DNA of 48,140 nt, filler included, from Catajapyx aquilonaris (Eukaryota), in assembly GCA_000934665.2 (NCBI GenBank). It is 2 parts of 2 records of this genome, joined end to end, with 100 filler letters (N's around TTAATTAATTAA, not from the genome) between each part and the next. Parts side by side here need not be neighbours in the genome. Positions count along the whole stretch, not along the records: positions 24,124 to 48,140 come from KZ539379.1; 1 more part is not named here. One strand, 5' to 3'. This document shows, one piece after another, positions 46,361-48,140 of the stretch (position 1 is its first letter; the number at the start of each line of letters is the position of its first letter). The notes beneath the pieces are model-generated. The model was not told the DNA's origin. It worked only from the letters and a program-made list of their open reading frames with translations, and made no database searches. Made by a program: the position numbers and the translations under genes.

Positions 46361-47704
46361 CCAAATTCGGTGATGATCTATTCAACTTCTTTACCGAACT
46401 CTCAGATATTAAAACCGAGGATTAATGTCGTTTGGGCCACCCGATAGCCTCGATGGCGGTTATCGGGTGACGCTGACATAAAGGGCTGCCACGTGCACCT
46501 CGGGTAGTAGGATAAGGGGAAGGGGGGGGGGGTTGAAATCAACCGACTCCCTGTGTCCGTAGGCGTCCCTTCAGTCGATGGGCCTGATACAGCACAACCG
46601 CAATCTCATCCATCCCTTTCATTAAGCCCTCTGTCTTTTATCACCACTCTTCACAACTGTTTCCTCTCGTCTAAATCTTACGCCAAAAAACCCTTATCAG
46701 TCAAAGGAAGGGGGACAGCCCGCCCTCCTCCTCCCCCTCCCCCCAATTTTTTTTTAAAAATATGCACCACCATAAATTAAAGGGGCGATATTTAAATACA
46801 AATTGTGGTTACGTGCTCGAACCGCGTTTTAATTTTTGAGGTAAATGCGACTATAAATTAGGCTGGCAGTTAATTATGCAAAATTGTGACACCCCTCGTT
46901 TTTATGAGTGTAATCGTAATTGCACATGTGTTTACCGTATTTTTTTTTCTTCTGTTGTTTGTGGGTAAGCTGGCAACGGCGGCACAGATGCCTGACGTTG
47001 TCATGGCGACCGAGACGTTCATCTTGAGGGAGAGAAGAATGGGTTTTTGGGATGGGGGTAGTGCTAGGAGGTGGTGGTAGAAGAAGAAGAAATAGGATGA
47101 GACCCTTACCTGTCACCTGGGCAGGTGAAGAAACTCAATGATCGCACTAAAGTTTCACCTAAAATAAATTCGAGCTGCAAATTTTGTTTTAAAAAATTTA
47201 AGGTGACGTCAGAAAGGCTTGGCCCACTAATTAGCGGGGTGTCTTCGGACCGAATCGATATTCCTCCAAAGGGAAAAGCCAAAAGCATCGGGAGGGGGAT
47301 AAGTGTCGAAGCTAGGAAGTGGGGTAAACTTCTCAAGCAAAAGCCATTATTTTCTCCTTTGCTTTCTCGCCTCAGACACAGGGTGATTCCAAAAATTTAG
47401 CCAAAATTTTTGCACCAAATTTTTTTTACATTTTGTCCATATTCAGATAAAGAAACTCTTGGTAACTTTTGTATGAGACTCGGAGGAACTTTCGATGCTA
47501 AGAACTTTGGGTTGCGGGCTCAGTCAACAACGTTGTTTACTTTCTTGACTTTTCCTCCGATTCCTATTCTTAATGAACTGACTGTCGAGACAATGCTGGG
47601 CTCCAAATGGCTACAAAGTTGCACATGTAGCGTTTTCTGACTGACTAAAACAAATGTATAGTTCCGACTGACTTTTCTTCGATAAGAACTGCTTTTCTGT
47701 CAAA

Positions 47705-47950
47705 TTAAACAAACGATGCAATTTTGCTGTATGAAGCTTTATCTTAAACAAACGATACAGTTTTTCTGTATGATGCTGTATGTCCACCTTAAACAAACGA
47801 TGCAGTTTTTCTGTATGAAGCTGTATGTTCACCTTAAACAAACGATGCAGTTTTCTGTGTGAAGCTGTATGTCCACCTTAAACAAACGATGCAGTTTTTT
47901 CTGTATGAAGCTGTATGTCTACCTTAAACAAACGATGCAGTTTTGCTGCT
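47705..47950. repeat. ~45-bp minisatellite, ~5.5 copies
   Basis: TTAAACAAACGAT(G/A)CAGTTTT..CTGTATGAAGCTGTATGT(C/T)CACC repeated six times from about 47705. Confidence 0.95.
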
Positions 47951-48140
47951 ATGATAGATTAACAGATTATGCGTTAAGAGTAAGCTTAACAGGACATGTG
48001 ATGCGTGAACACTTTGCATGCCATTTTGGGGTAGTTTCGTCGCAATTTATATGATCTTCACACGCAATATTTGACGCGATCTATATGTTTAATTACAGTG
48101 TTTAGAAAGTGCTTAAATTCTGATTAACTTTTTCATATTT

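Noticed and set aside
47705..47950. CRISPR-like regular repeats
   Set aside because: The sequences between the conserved cores are also repeated, so this is a plain minisatellite in a eukaryotic context.

Overview
Eukaryotic genomic DNA, most likely from an arthropod judging by the MGAT4 protein sequence. The window is two contigs joined by an artificial 100-bp spacer (44 N + TTAATTAATTAA + 44 N, 24024-24123), so the halves need not be neighbours. Left contig: (i) the last six coding exons of an MGAT4A/B-like N-glycan GlcNAc-transferase IV gene (+ strand, 191-4970); (ii) a convergent spliced F-box/LRR gene (- strand) broken by one frameshift near 9130; (iii) an intron-containing hAT transposase C-terminal remnant; (iv) three related copies of an exon module encoding a C2H2 zinc finger with an acidic tail; (v) a dense set of foldback elements and MITEs (piggyBac-, P-, hAT-, Sola- and CACTA-like ends, Helitron-like 3' end), including a 17+1+17-bp hairpin with an 8-bp target duplication that matches a P-element excision footprint. 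Right contig: mostly intronic, repeat-rich DNA with one clear exon of a KIF26 (kinesin-11) gene on the - strand, plus several minisatellites. No rRNA, tRNA or CRISPR was found. Most ORFs in the track are spurious. All family assignments come from recalled motifs, not database searches.
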